Positions 46,141 through 57,700 of a stretch of 64,000 nt of DNA are shown here, in pieces (the first letter of the stretch is position 1; the number at the start of each line of letters is the position of its first letter). The DNA comes from an uncultured Bacteroidia bacterium. GTDB taxonomy: Bacteria > Bacteroidota > Bacteroidia > Bacteroidales > ML635J-15. A program made the position numbers and the translations under genes. Where the stretch lies: NCBI GenBank assembly GCA_902791865.1, contig CADAXK010000001.1, positions 128,205-192,204 of the forward strand. The letters are read 5' to 3'. The notes below the pieces were generated by a model. The model ran no database searches, was not told the origin of the DNA, and saw nothing but the letters and a program-made list of their open reading frames with translations.

Positions 46141-47556
46141 CTACATCTCCTCCACCTCAAATATCTCAAACCTGCTCTTTTCCTTCCAGTACTTTTCTAT
46201 TGCCAGACGGCGAATCTCACTCCAATAGACATCCGATTCCAAACCATGCTTCTGTATCAACGCCATAACATCGGAGGCAATTTCGCGCTTTACTTCATCT
46301 TTTACCTTGAAAAGCAACTTGCGTCCATTATAAGAAACCATCGCAGAAGGAGAAACTTCTCCATCAGCAGAAATTGTTATTGCTCCATATCCCAAGGTTG
46401 TCCCCGCCCCTATTTGCAAGCCATCGTTAAGACAACTTATAGGTGGCTCGGAACCAGCATTCGACACAATTGCAACCTCATCGAGTCCAACATGCAAGTA
46501 TTCAAGTATGCGAAGCCCCATTTTTGCTCCGATTATTGAATAAATGCCCAAATGTGAGTGCATTTCGGATGTCAGCAATACCAATTTATATTCGGTGTAA
46601 CCGTATTTTGATAAAATTTGCTCCGCCAATGGTGCCACATCCGCCGAAAGCAGAGATCCACTTCGTGGCATTTCAGTAATAATCACACCTTTTTCAGTTT
46701 CAACAGCATTCAATACCCGCGTGGCAATAACATCGAAATAGGCATCCTGCTTTGGCCGCAAAACCGAAAAGTTCTGTCCGCCAGCCGATTCCTCAAACAA
46801 TTCGGGGTAAAGTATGTAAAATGGTAACAAATCGTCACAAAACCTAACCGAGGAAAACTTTTGCCCCTCGTAAAAACTTGCAAAAGTCAGTGCATACGGA
46901 GTTGCAATCTCGGGCAAAAGCGATAGAAAATCATCGGGATACAGCACATTCCCAGCATCAAACACTTTAAGTTTCAGTCCAGAAGCCACAACCTTGTCAA
47001 ATGCCGACTTGTCAAGATTGTAGTTGAAGCCGCAAGGAAAATGTTTATCATTAGTGCGCGATGTCCATACAACGTATGTAAGTTTCGACACAATCTCGGG
47101 ATGCTTTTCCACAAGGTCGGCAAGGTTGGTAAGCGGTCCCATAGCGACATATATCACAGGCTTGCGACTATTGGCTATCGCATCGTAAAGGGCATTGGTC
47201 CTAATTTGGTGTCCTGTGCGAAGCAGATTTTTCCAAAACCCCATCGCATCGGCACAATCCTTCTTGTACGACTTGGGATTCTGACCTTTACCAAGCATTA
47301 TGCCTTCGTGGTGGAACTCAGCCAACAGCGAAGAAAGACATTTTGCAGAATTTTCGGCATCAAGCACACCACCAACCGACTGCACAGCATTTATATTGAA
47401 GTCGCGCGATGCCATGAAATATGTCAAGGCACGAAAATCGTCCATACCGCAGTCTGTGTCAATCACTACATTGTACTTTGCACGCTGATGCGCCGATGCA
47501 TCAGGCGTTACAAAGAACAACAGCAATATGAGACAAACAAGACTATATTTTTGCAT
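46141..47556 (-). CDS. Secreted nucleoside-hydrolase-like protein fused to a C-terminal FmdE-like domain
   Basis: Signal peptide, then the IU-nucleoside hydrolase signature VVIDTDCGMDDFRAL. The C-terminal 150 or so aa (HSHLGIYSIIGAKMGLRILEYL...VAIVSNAGSEPPISCLNDGLQIGAGTTLGYGAITI) resemble the FmdE family. Confidence 0.55.
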   Translation of the reverse strand: MQKYSLVCLILLLFFVTPDASAHQRAKYNVVIDTDCGMDDFRALTYFMASRDFNINAVQSVGGVLDAENSAKCLSSLLAEFHHEGIMLGKGQNPKSYKKDCADAMGFWKNLLRTGHQIRTNALYDAIANSRKPVIYVAMGPLTNLADLVEKHPEIVSKLTYVVWTSRTNDKHFPCGFNYNLDKSAFDKVVASGLKLKVFDAGNVLYPDDFLSLLPEIATPYALTFASFYEGQKFSSVRFCDDLLPFYILYPELFEESAGGQNFSVLRPKQDAYFDVIATRVLNAVETEKGVIITEMPRSGSLLSADVAPLAEQILSKYGYTEYKLVLLTSEMHSHLGIYSIIGAKMGLRILEYLHVGLDEVAIVSNAGSEPPISCLNDGLQIGAGTTLGYGAITISADGEVSPSAMVSYNGRKLLFKVKDEVKREIASDVMALIQKHGLESDVYWSEIRRLAIEKYWKEKSRFEIFEVEEM

Positions 47557-47604
47557 TAACCACGACCTCTCATATAAATCTTAAGAAAGCGTTTTCATGG
47601 GGAG

Positions 47605-47671
47605 ATTCCGCACAATTGAACAATATTACGATCCCCGTTCCGTATCGCGTTATTGTTCTAATTTGCGGAAT
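47605..47671 (-). other. Long imperfect hairpin between ybeY and the nucleoside-hydrolase-like gene
   Basis: ATTCCGCAcAATTgAACAATA pairs with TATTGTTctAATTTGCGGAAT (about 19 bp) around a 25-nt loop that contains its own CGAT/ATCG stem. I see no -7 box between the two genes. Confidence 0.5.
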
Positions 47672-47719
47672 GACTGCTTCTTTTAGATTCTTTTGATAAC
47701 AAAATGATGGCAAAAATTA

Positions 47720-48169
47720 TTATTGCTTAGTATCTTTCAGCCACTTGCAATTAGCAAATCCAGGCATTGCCAAGCATTTGTCCTCCATAGCCCGCATTTC
47801 GGTCTGAGCATCTGGTGTCTTGTCATCGTAGCCAAGCATGTGCAAGACAGCATGTATTATCACCCTAAAAATTTCTGTATCTTCGGTTCCGTATGCCTTG
47901 CCATTCTCCGCAACTCTGTCAACACTAATGTACACTTCTCCCGAAATCTTGTTTCCCTCGCTATTGTCAAAGGTAATCACATCGGTATAGTAGTCATGCT
48001 TCAGAAATTCATTGTTCATCTTCAGCAAATGCTCGTCGGAACAAAAAACGTATGCTATCTTACCTACGGATTTCTTGTGAGATTCAATAACATCCTTAAT
48101 CCACTTCTTGAGAGCTATATACTTTACTCTCGGCTTCTCTACATCTTCACAAAAAAATTCAATTGCCAT
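47720..48169 (-). CDS. ybeY: rRNA maturation RNase YbeY
   Basis: 149 aa with the metal-binding motif HAVLHMLGYDD (HxxxHxxGxxH-like). Confidence 0.85.
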   Translation of the reverse strand: MAIEFFCEDVEKPRVKYIALKKWIKDVIESHKKSVGKIAYVFCSDEHLLKMNNEFLKHDYYTDVITFDNSEGNKISGEVYISVDRVAENGKAYGTEDTEIFRVIIHAVLHMLGYDDKTPDAQTEMRAMEDKCLAMPGFANCKWLKDTKQ

Positions 48170-48171
48170 AA

Positions 48172-51100
48172 TCAGTTATCCTTTAAATTTTTTAAATATT
48201 CCTTGTACTTGTTTTTATAATAATCCTTTAACTTCAAATTGGAGACCTGCAACAGTTCGTTGAACCTTATTTCACTCTCTTTTTCCTCGAAAGCCTTGTC
48301 GGGATTACTGAGCTTGTATTCCTTTGCTTCTGTCGACTTGCGTTTCTGCTCAGTTTCACGTTCATTCTGGCTGTTTTCGGCCTGAAGCAAACGCGTAATT
48401 ATCTGCTCCTGACGGTTTACCGTCTGCTGTGTAATATTGCGGTTGACCAGATCCTTTATGTTCTGTTCTATCATCTTGTTTGCTTCCTTCAAATACTTTG
48501 CTGCATCGGGACTAAGTTCGCCGTTCATCATGTCGTTCATCATCTTCTGCATCATTTCCTGCTGCATGAGCATCTTTGCCAACTGCTCGCCACTCTGCCC
48601 TTGCTGACCATTCTTCTTCATCTGGTCGAGCATCTGTTGCATTTGCTGTTTCAACTGCTGCTGCATGTCGCGCATCTGCCCCATCTGCTTCTGCTGCGAC
48701 TGTCCCTGACCTTTGTTCTTGCACTTGTTGCAACTAGAACTTGAATTGGAATTGTTTTGCATCTGCATCTGTTGCTGCTGCATCTGGTCGAGAACCTCCG
48801 AAAGCAAAAGTGCAAGGTTGTTTGCCGATGTAAGCACCTTCTGCTGAGAAGTCTGCGCCTGATATTTCTGCGAATTACCCAGATGATCCATAACAGATGC
48901 GAGTTCCTTGCGAATATTCATCACTTCGGGCGAAACCATTGACGAAAGTCCTGGTACGCGCGCTGCCAACGCATTCAACGAATCCCTTATTACCGAGAAA
49001 TTGTCGGTAAGGTTCTTCTGGCGCACAACATATTCCTTGAACTGCGGCGACTTGTACGAAAGTGGTTTCATGCCCGACAAGACATCCTCCTGGTCAAACG
49101 AGAAAGTCAGCACATTCTCGAGCAACTGCTTTACATCATCCATGTTCTCACCGTTTTCCTCCATCTCCATCTGAGCCATCATCGAATCCATTTTCTGCGA
49201 AAGCTCCTGCATCTTCTGCGAACTGTTTTTCTGCTTGTCCGAAGCCTTGTTGTTCTTGTTATCATTCAAGTCCTCATTAGCCTTCTGCATTTCGTTCGAA
49301 ATGTCATTCATCTCATTCTTGAAATCCTGCAAAGGCATAGGTTCCTTCAGGTCGGAATTTTTCTCCAAAGTTTTTTCGTACTCTTCCTTTAGCTTGTCGA
49401 ATTGCTCATTCAGTTCGCTTTGCTCCTTCTTGAGTTCTTCCTGCGACTTACTCTTATCCTTTGTTTCCTCGGCAAGTTTCTTTTCCTTGTCGGCAAGGTT
49501 TTCCATCTGGTCGGCAATGCTCTTTACGCGCTCCTCGACTTCCGAACGCTTAAGCAATTCGAGGGTGTTGTCCATGTTCTGCTCCATCTCCTCTACCGAC
49601 ATCTTGAACTCCTCCGACTTTTTGAAAAATTCGTCCTTATTGAAATCCTCCATGAGTTTCTTCATCTCCTCAATCATCTGACGCATTTCATCAGTCATGA
49701 GATTTTCCAAAAGGCTGTTGATTTCGGCCTGCTTCTTCAATAAATCCTCGCTCTTTGAGAATTGTTCCTTGTACTGCTGAAGCTGGTTCTGCTCTTCCTT
49801 TATCTGCTCCATCAGGCTTTCGAGCTGGTCTTCCTTATCGAGAATGTCCTGCATAATCTGCGAACGGTCGTATGGCGAAAGATTCTCGTTGACGAGTTTA
49901 CGCTTCAGTTCATCAATGCTTTTCTTTATGTCCTCGCTGATTTTCTTGGCTTCATCAATCTTGTTTTCGGTTTCGGTGTTGGTCTCGTCGCTCATGTCCT
50001 GCAAGTCCTGAGCCGATGGAATATTGAACTCCATAACCTTCGACTTCGCCGTCTTAGGCCCGCTGTAACCATCATTGTCGGCAACCTCAAAATAATAGGT
50101 AAGCTTATTGCCTGTATGCTCGATAGTAGAAAAATCAACAGCATAGTAGAAATCCTGCGAATTTAGCCTCTGAGAGAACTGCACTGGCGACTTCTGAATT
50201 TCCGTTTCGCCATCAAAACAACGGAATGTCAGCCTCGTAAAGCCATAATCATCATCGATTGCACCCTTGAAATAAATAATTGCAGGATTAGCGCTGTCCT
50301 TGGCCTCGCTAACCACAATGGTCGGATACAAGTCGGGAACCACGCGAATACGATACTTTATGTCGACCATTTCGCTGAAATATTCGTTGGAGACAAAAAG
50401 CATATAGTCGCTTCCTGATGTTATTCGCTTCGAAACCGTGTATTCGTTTTTCTCCTTCGTCGTAGGCAATACGGTACTGTCGAGTACAATTACCAGAGAA
50501 TCAAGGTTTGCCGTACCGAAAGTCCACTTTACATTCGAGCCAATTGGCACTTCAATATCGCCAGAATTCTTAACCTCGATTGCCTCCAAGCCCGTGTATG
50601 CCATCGGAGTTATATTTATCTTAAAATCAAGGATTATCGGTGCTGGCATAACACTCACCTCATAGTCCTTCGACTCTACATCCTGAGCCGTAAAATAGAA
50701 CTTGAAGGAATTGTTCAATGTCTTGAAATCGTACTTGAAGGTTGAAGCCGACTGCTTTTCCATATAGAACGAATTGCCACCGAAATTTATCAACACATGC
50801 TCGGGAACATATTGACCTTCCACACGCAAATTCACGGTGAAATCATCGCCCTGCCTAACCTGCAAGGTGTCGTTTTCAAGTATGAACGAAAACGGCGCAG
50901 GCATCTCAAAATGCTCATCGTACTTCACTATTCGTTCCGTTCCCTCGGTGACAATCGCCGGCTTGAACGAAATTATCAGCACAAACACAAGTACAACCGG
51001 AGCCAAATACACAAGATACTTGACATTTTTCTTTATCTTGATTGCCGAAAGAAAAGGAATTGGCGAAAGTTTCTCAATTCTCTGCGAGATACTTGCATAA

Positions 51101-51486
51101 ATAAGGTCGCGAGTTTCCGGATTCTCATCAAGCAATGAATTTAGTTCCAATGTATTCTGCAACTTATCCGACACCTCGGGGAAATGCTTTCCCAAAATGC
51201 GGCTTGCTTCGGCATACGAAATACGCTTGCCGATTTTCATAAGCTTTAGCAACGGCCACAGAATCATTGTGACGAATACAATGGCATACAAAGTTATCGA
51301 ACTGATAAACAATGCCGTACGGAATGCAGAAGAAAACCTACCGTAATATTCCGCAATGATTACAATCAGATACCACAATCCCGAAATGGCAAGTGCAAGT
51401 ATAACACCCTTTACCATCTTGTTCAGATAGTACTTCCTGATAAACTTATCAAGTTTGGAAATCAATATGTTATATTTGTCTTCCAT
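48172..51486 (-). CDS. Large membrane-anchored coiled-coil protein (DUF4175-like) with a Gln/Met-rich C-terminal region
   Basis: 1104 aa with several N-terminal TM helices. Next comes a beta-rich middle region, then about 500 aa of E/K/Q/M-rich coiled coil including QQQQMQMQNNSNSSSSCNKCKNKGQGQSQQKQMGQM. The family name is from memory only. Confidence 0.5.
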   Translation of the reverse strand: MEDKYNILISKLDKFIRKYYLNKMVKGVILALAISGLWYLIVIIAEYYGRFSSAFRTALFISSITLYAIVFVTMILWPLLKLMKIGKRISYAEASRILGKHFPEVSDKLQNTLELNSLLDENPETRDLIYASISQRIEKLSPIPFLSAIKIKKNVKYLVYLAPVVLVFVLIISFKPAIVTEGTERIVKYDEHFEMPAPFSFILENDTLQVRQGDDFTVNLRVEGQYVPEHVLINFGGNSFYMEKQSASTFKYDFKTLNNSFKFYFTAQDVESKDYEVSVMPAPIILDFKINITPMAYTGLEAIEVKNSGDIEVPIGSNVKWTFGTANLDSLVIVLDSTVLPTTKEKNEYTVSKRITSGSDYMLFVSNEYFSEMVDIKYRIRVVPDLYPTIVVSEAKDSANPAIIYFKGAIDDDYGFTRLTFRCFDGETEIQKSPVQFSQRLNSQDFYYAVDFSTIEHTGNKLTYYFEVADNDGYSGPKTAKSKVMEFNIPSAQDLQDMSDETNTETENKIDEAKKISEDIKKSIDELKRKLVNENLSPYDRSQIMQDILDKEDQLESLMEQIKEEQNQLQQYKEQFSKSEDLLKKQAEINSLLENLMTDEMRQMIEEMKKLMEDFNKDEFFKKSEEFKMSVEEMEQNMDNTLELLKRSEVEERVKSIADQMENLADKEKKLAEETKDKSKSQEELKKEQSELNEQFDKLKEEYEKTLEKNSDLKEPMPLQDFKNEMNDISNEMQKANEDLNDNKNNKASDKQKNSSQKMQELSQKMDSMMAQMEMEENGENMDDVKQLLENVLTFSFDQEDVLSGMKPLSYKSPQFKEYVVRQKNLTDNFSVIRDSLNALAARVPGLSSMVSPEVMNIRKELASVMDHLGNSQKYQAQTSQQKVLTSANNLALLLSEVLDQMQQQQMQMQNNSNSSSSCNKCKNKGQGQSQQKQMGQMRDMQQQLKQQMQQMLDQMKKNGQQGQSGEQLAKMLMQQEMMQKMMNDMMNGELSPDAAKYLKEANKMIEQNIKDLVNRNITQQTVNRQEQIITRLLQAENSQNERETEQKRKSTEAKEYKLSNPDKAFEEKESEIRFNELLQVSNLKLKDYYKNKYKEYLKNLKDN

Positions 51487-51652
51487 TTCCGTTTAAAGAA
51501 ACGCAAATATAGTAAAAAAAATTATCCTAGATTGCGAAAAAATTTCACCACTTATATAAGTTGTTTAGTAATAATGAATAAGGAGCGGTATGCATTCCGC
51601 CGATGAATTGTGGAGACGCAAAATTTTGCGTTATTGTATGTTTACATTTATG

Positions 51653-51690
51653 ATAAAAATTGTAGCCTCACAATGAATTGCGAGGCTACA
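51653..51690 (-). terminator. Terminator after the giant gene
   Basis: On the minus strand: TGTAGCCTC-12 nt-GAGGCTACA followed by ATTTTTAT. Confidence 0.6.
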
Positions 51691-51728
51691 GATTATTATA
51701 TAATTCATGGTGATTCCGTAGGGAATCA

Positions 51729-54700
51729 TTAATTCTTCACCACCTGCCTATTTATCACAAAATCTGTTGTGCTTACCCTTACATTATAAGCAGCTGGCGG
51801 AAGATTGTAAAGATTCAATATTGTCTCATAGCTATTTTGTGGTGCATCTACCTTTTCGAACATAATCAGCTTGCCAAGCATATCATACACCTCAATGCGA
51901 GCAGGACGATTTTCGAAGTTGTCGAGGACAAGCGTAAGTTCGCCGTTAAACGGGTTCGGGTATGCCTGAACGTCTGGTTCACCGACTTCTGGTTCTTCGC
52001 ATGCTGCAACTATAATTTCCGAAACGGTACGCGAGCCATCATAGTCAACCTGAACTAAGCGGTAATAATTGTCACCACCATGGAAACCATAGTCTGTGTA
52101 TGAGTAGTCGAGCGGTTCAATCGAATTTCCTGCACCTGCTACGCGAGCTATCTCAGTGAAATTTATTGCATCGTCGGATTGCTCAATTACAAAGTAGTCG
52201 TTATTGCGCTCGGTAGCGGTTGTCCACTCAACAAGAACTGACTTTCCGTCACAAATTGCATTGAATGAAACAAGCTCTATTGGCAACAATGTTGACGGAG
52301 TCTTTGATCCAAGAGTCACATAATGGTTACTTGAACTCCTTGTTGCACGTATAGAAACATTTACGCTTATCTTTGTATTGCCGTTTTCTACAGTTCCTGG
52401 ACCGCCAATGTTTTTCCAGCAAGAGCCTAGCCACATTGCTCCGAAAATATCCTCGTCATCGTATGATGTAGCACCCGCGCCAAAATGGTCGGTAACTTCT
52501 GCTGACGAAACCATCAATGTGACATTATTCAATGCTACATTGGAAGAAACATTCCAGAACTCAATATTGCTCACGTGATCAAACTGAGGATCATTGCCAT
52601 CACAATTATCGTTTGCATTCCACCATCGTGGATAGTCAGACGGAAGGTCATTAGTACCAGCCACATTACGATAGCGTACTGTAGCCGAACCTCCGCTACG
52701 AGTTGCAGGAACAGCTATCGTTCCAAGGGTGTGTCCGTTACCAGTCGGGAATGTGAAGGCAGACGAACCAAACGCCTTAGTTACAGCACCATCGACATGG
52801 CTAAGAAGAGAAGCTTCGCTTGCCGTTGCTCCAGATACAAAATTCATATCACCTACGATAACACCCTTTGTGAATGCTGCTACGCCATTGACAGTTATAC
52901 CATGCGGAGCGAAAATCTTCTTACCATCGACAACCTGGGCAAATGTTACATTTCCAAATTCCATTGCACTACTCAAGGTTTGATCGTTAGCACCGTTCAA
53001 TTCTATTATACTAGTATTATCGGCTACGAAAGTTCCGTTATTGATTATTGAGCCTGCAAGTCTAAGTGTTACATTCTCCATTATATGCAATTCGGCACCT
53101 GGCGCTACCTCTATGTTATTCACGGTTGCATCGGAATTCATATATGCCTGCTGAACATCCTGCAAGCAAGTGCCAGAACCACCTATAGCTATATAATAGT
53201 TCTTTGCTTCGGATGGCAATTCAGACGCAATAGAATAAGTGCCGTTATTATACTCATACCAGTTTGATGCGATGTTCCAGTTTGATGTTCCGCCTCTCCA
53301 TACATAGTCGCATGTAGATGTGATTGATATGTCCGGATGGTTGACAGTAATCTGCACTCCTGCATTGGCAGTTGTTCCACAACCATTTGTTGCAGAGTAT
53401 CTTATATAATATCCATCCAAATCTTGCTGAATGTTGCTATTGGTAAATGGAGTATAAGTTCCGTTCTGCGAAGGACTTATTTCCCAACCTTCTGCTAAGA
53501 TACTTGAACCATTTGGAATTACTGTTGGTGCAGTAAGGTCAAGAGACTCTCCTACACAAATAGCATCAGGTGCAGATATTGCAGAAACTGCAGGCTTGTC
53601 GTTGACGGTTATCTGCACAGACGACATCGTTACACTTGAGCAGTTGTCGGAAACAATAACTCTGTAGTATATTGTTCCTGTTGATGTCGTAGGTGGCGTA
53701 AACGAGCTACTGTTGGAGCCTGTGTTATTCCAAGTTGAGCCGTTAGTGGAATACTGCCACTGGTAGTTGTACGAACCACTTCCACTAGATGGAGTTGTCG
53801 AAAGAGCGGTAGCTGTAGCGTTAAGGCAGTAGTCGTTGGCATTTGCGATTGCGGATGATACGAGATCGCCGTAGACGTTGTAGTCGACTCGGAGGAAGTC
53901 TGTAGTCGTGCAGCCGTCGCTTACCCTTACATAGTAGGTATGGCTGCCGGCAGTTCTGCTGCCGCCTGTATAGGTAGCTGAGGTTGCGCCGCTGATTGCG
54001 CTGCCTGCGTTGGCAGCCGTGTACCACTGGTAGGTGACTGGACTATTATTGTTGCTTGAGGTAACGCTGGCAGTAAGACTAGGCGTCTCGCTCTGGCAGT
54101 AGTTCGCTCGGCTGGCTGATGCTGTTGCAGTGATTGTGTTGTAGACGTTGTAATCGACCCTGATGAAGTCCGTAGTCGTGCAGCCGTCGCTTACCCTTAC
54201 ATAATAAGTATGACTGCCTGCTGTCCTGCTGCCGCCCGTATAGGTTGCCGAGGTTGCGCCGCTGATTGCGTTGCCTGCGTTGGCTGCCGTGTACCACTGG
54301 TAGGTGACTGGACTGTTGTTGTTGCTTGAGGTAACGCTGGCAGTAAGACTAGGCGTCTCGCTCTGGCAGTAGTTTGCTCGGCTGGCTGATGCTGTTGCAG
54401 TGATGGTGTTGTAGACGTTGTAGTCGACACGTATAAAATCTGTAGTCGTGCAGCCGTCGCTTACCCTTACATAATAGGTATGACTGCCTGCTGTCCTGCT
54501 GCCGCCCGTATAGGTTGCCGAGGTTGCGCCGCTGATTGCGCTGCCTGCGTTGGCCGCAGTGTACCACTGGTATGTAACTGGACTGTTGTTGTTGCTCGAG
54601 GTAACGCTGGCTGTAAGACTAGGCGTCTCGCTCTGGCAGTAGTTTGCTCGGCTGGCTGATGCTGTTGCCGTGATGCTGTTGTAGACGTTGTAGTCGACAC

Positions 54701-57700
54701 GGAGGAAGTCTGTAGTCGTGCAACCGTCGCTTACCCTTACATAATAAGTATGACTGCCGGCAGTTCTGCTGCCGCCCGTATAGGTTGCCGAGGTTGCGCC
54801 GCTGATTGCGCTGCCTGCGTTGGCAGCCGTGTACCACTGGTAGGTGACTGGACTGCTGTTGTTGCTTGAGGTAACGCTGGCTGTAAGACTAGGCGTCTCG
54901 CTCTGGCAGTAGTTTGCACGGCTGGCTGATGCTGTTGCAGTGATGCTGTTGTAAACGTTGTAGTCGACACGGAGGAAGTCCGTAGTCGTGCAGCCGTCGC
55001 TTACCCTTACATAATAGGTATGGCTACCGGCAGTTCTGCTGCCGCCCGTATAGGTTGCCGAGGTTGCGCCGCTGATTGCGCTGCCTGCGTTAGCTGCCGT
55101 GTACCACTGGTAGGTGACTGGACTGTTGTTGTTGCTCGAGGTAACGCTGGCTGTAAGGCTCGGCGTCTCGCTCTGGCAGTAGTTTGCTCGGCTGGCTGAT
55201 GCTGTTGCAGTGATGGTGTTGTAGACGTTGTAGTCGACACGGAGGAAGTCTGTAGTCGTGCAACCGTCGCTTACCCTTACATAATAGGTATGGCTACCGG
55301 CAGTTCTGCTGCCGCCCGTATAGGTTGCTGAGGTTGCTCCGCTGATTGCGCTGCCCGCGTTGGCCGCAGTGTACCACTGGTAGGTGACTGGACTGTTGTT
55401 GTTGCTCGAGGTAACGCTGGCTGTAAGACTAGGCGTCTCGCTCTGGCAGTAGTTCGCTCGGCTGGCTGATGCTGTGGCCGTGATTGTGTTGTAGACGTTG
55501 ACCAGCACGCTGCTGCTTGCCGAGCAGCTACTACCGCTCCAAACTGTCACCCGATATGTTGTATTAGCTGTAACAGTAGGTGTTACAACAGCAGATGAAC
55601 CAGAACCACTGGGAGTCCAAGTATAAGTAGTACCTCCAGAAGGCGCTGTCAGTGTAACCTGGGAACCATTGCAAACAATAGATGCTGATGCTGTAACATT
55701 AGCGATTGACGACAAAGAAACATAAACTTCATATTCAGAAGTTGAGGTTCCATAATAATTATCGACAATCAAATAGTATGTAGTTCCGGCTGAAAGAGAA
55801 ACTGATACATCATCAAATACAGCATCATCCCAATGTGTTATTTCTGTTCCTTCATTATCACAAGATGACAACAAAAAGAAGTCGGCATCACCATCATTTG
55901 TTGTACCATAAAACGAATAGGTACCCGTTACTGCTGGCGTAAAGGAATAAACCTTTTCTTCTCCAACTTCGTCATATGTCCAATCTCTTACATTAGGATA
56001 ACTATCCCAGGCGCCAATTCTTCCCAACGTACCCGAATATGTCTGTCCACATGTCATTACAGTAACATCCGAACATGGATTCGGGCAAACATCATATATT
56101 GCATACAGGTAAATATTTGAACCGACTGTTATTTCATCACCTGGCAGATAACTGGAGCCACCGCCATTTGCTCTTGTCGCCCATCTCATAAAACATTTGT
56201 TCGAACATGCAACAGGAGGACGCACGTTTACCGTTGCAGGATTGCAACTCCACATTGGCACATCTTGTACTTCGTAATCGCTTTCTCCATTACAATTAAT
56301 TCCGTAATCGTAATATATATGGTAATATCTCCAAGTTGCATCGCGTTCAACAGTATTTTCACATCCATTTTCATTTTGGGCAGTGAAAGAAAAGCCATCT
56401 CCATCATTATAATCTCCAGTACCATAATGATAAGTCAAACATTCAACCATAGGATATTCATTACAATCATGGTCCAATGACATGCTTATCGTTGGTGGGG
56501 CATTATTTCTAGATGCCACAAGAATGTCGTCGCAAGCAAAATCGTCGCTACCGTACAATGTAATTGTAATGCTTCCTTGTGCCGTCAAGGTAAAGTCACA
56601 ATACCTTTGCACCCATTCACCTTGACTTCCCAATAATTGTTCTCCAGATGTCGGGCTACCGCTGACTGTTGTACCACTAACAGAAAGAGTACACTTGCCC
56701 CCCGATGATACATCCATGAACCAAGCCGAAAGCCTATAATCGCCTGCTGGGACATCTGTAATAGTCTTTACATAGAAATCTCCTGTTCCATCGGCCTGGA
56801 ACATGTAACCTCGCGTAACATCATCGGCAAATGTGTGATCCGATTTATTCATTACCCATCCATTACTCGAAGCATCGTGATATGTATTTTTATTTATAGC
56901 ATATACCTTAGTATAGCTTGTCGTACAATTGCTATTACCATGATGACGGCAATCACCGAAGTCCTGCGAGCTAGTATATTGATAATGGTTAACATAATTA
57001 CATCGTGTATAGTCACCTGCGTGTGTCCATGTAGCAGGAATTATGCCTCCACCCGAAGTATAGTTATGATCTGGATCCGCCAGTTTGTGAGGACCAGCAT
57101 ACCTCTCATCCTGCACATCGTTTCCACCGAAGTCATCGTAATAGACAATGATACCGCAAGAGGAGGAAGCCCCACCTTCAAATGTAAAGCATATATCATC
57201 AAGTCCCACTCCGTAACCATAATGGTCAGTAAATTTGAATCCAATCTGATAATTAGCAGCAAATCCTGTTAGAGTTACAGATTGCTCCGTCCACGAAGAA
57301 TGAGCACTGGTCGTACTGAACAATTCTGTCCATGTCCCACCGTTGACGCGATAACAAACAGCAATTTCATCTATGTCCCCGGCCCAACTTCTATTGACAT
57401 ACGAAAATGTTAAAGAAGCCGATGACACATTGCTCAAATCCATTTCAGGACTAACCAGATATGTTACATTACCTGATGTGCTATGAGTAATCCTAGCATT
57501 GTAGGATCCCGTGTTAGCACCAGTACTTGTGTTAGAATCTCCAATTCCTACCGACCAATAAGCACTACCACTACCCTCGCTAGTCCAACCAACGGGCATA
57601 GAACCAGACTCAAAATCGACACAGAAATCATCGGGAACAGAAACGGCAGGAACGATACAGAATTTAATTTGATTCTTTACGTTCATGATAGTTCCCGTAT

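Noticed and set aside
51600-51728. The hairpins and palindrome (ACGCAAAATTTTGCGT at 51615-51630, GATTCC-gtag-GGAATC just after the giant-gene stop) were considered as a separate regulatory element.
   Set aside because: They lie in the short spacer between the giant gene's terminator and the start of the DUF4175-like gene. Ordinary terminator and promoter-region structure is a sufficient explanation, and no repetition elsewhere in the window was seen.
53630-55240. A series of 68-77-aa ORFs in the other two minus-strand frames, recurring every 270 bp (for example 54079-54297 and 54349-54567).
   Set aside because: They are off-frame minus-strand reading frames of the 270-bp tandem repeat inside the giant gene. 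Their periodicity only mirrors the repeat.
53871-55490. The 270-bp repeat array was considered as a diversity-generating retroelement target or a phase-variable slippage tract.
   Set aside because: No reverse transcriptase or template repeat lies in the window. Differences between units are scattered synonymous changes rather than adenine-focused substitutions. The unit length is a multiple of three, so copy-number change would not shift the frame.
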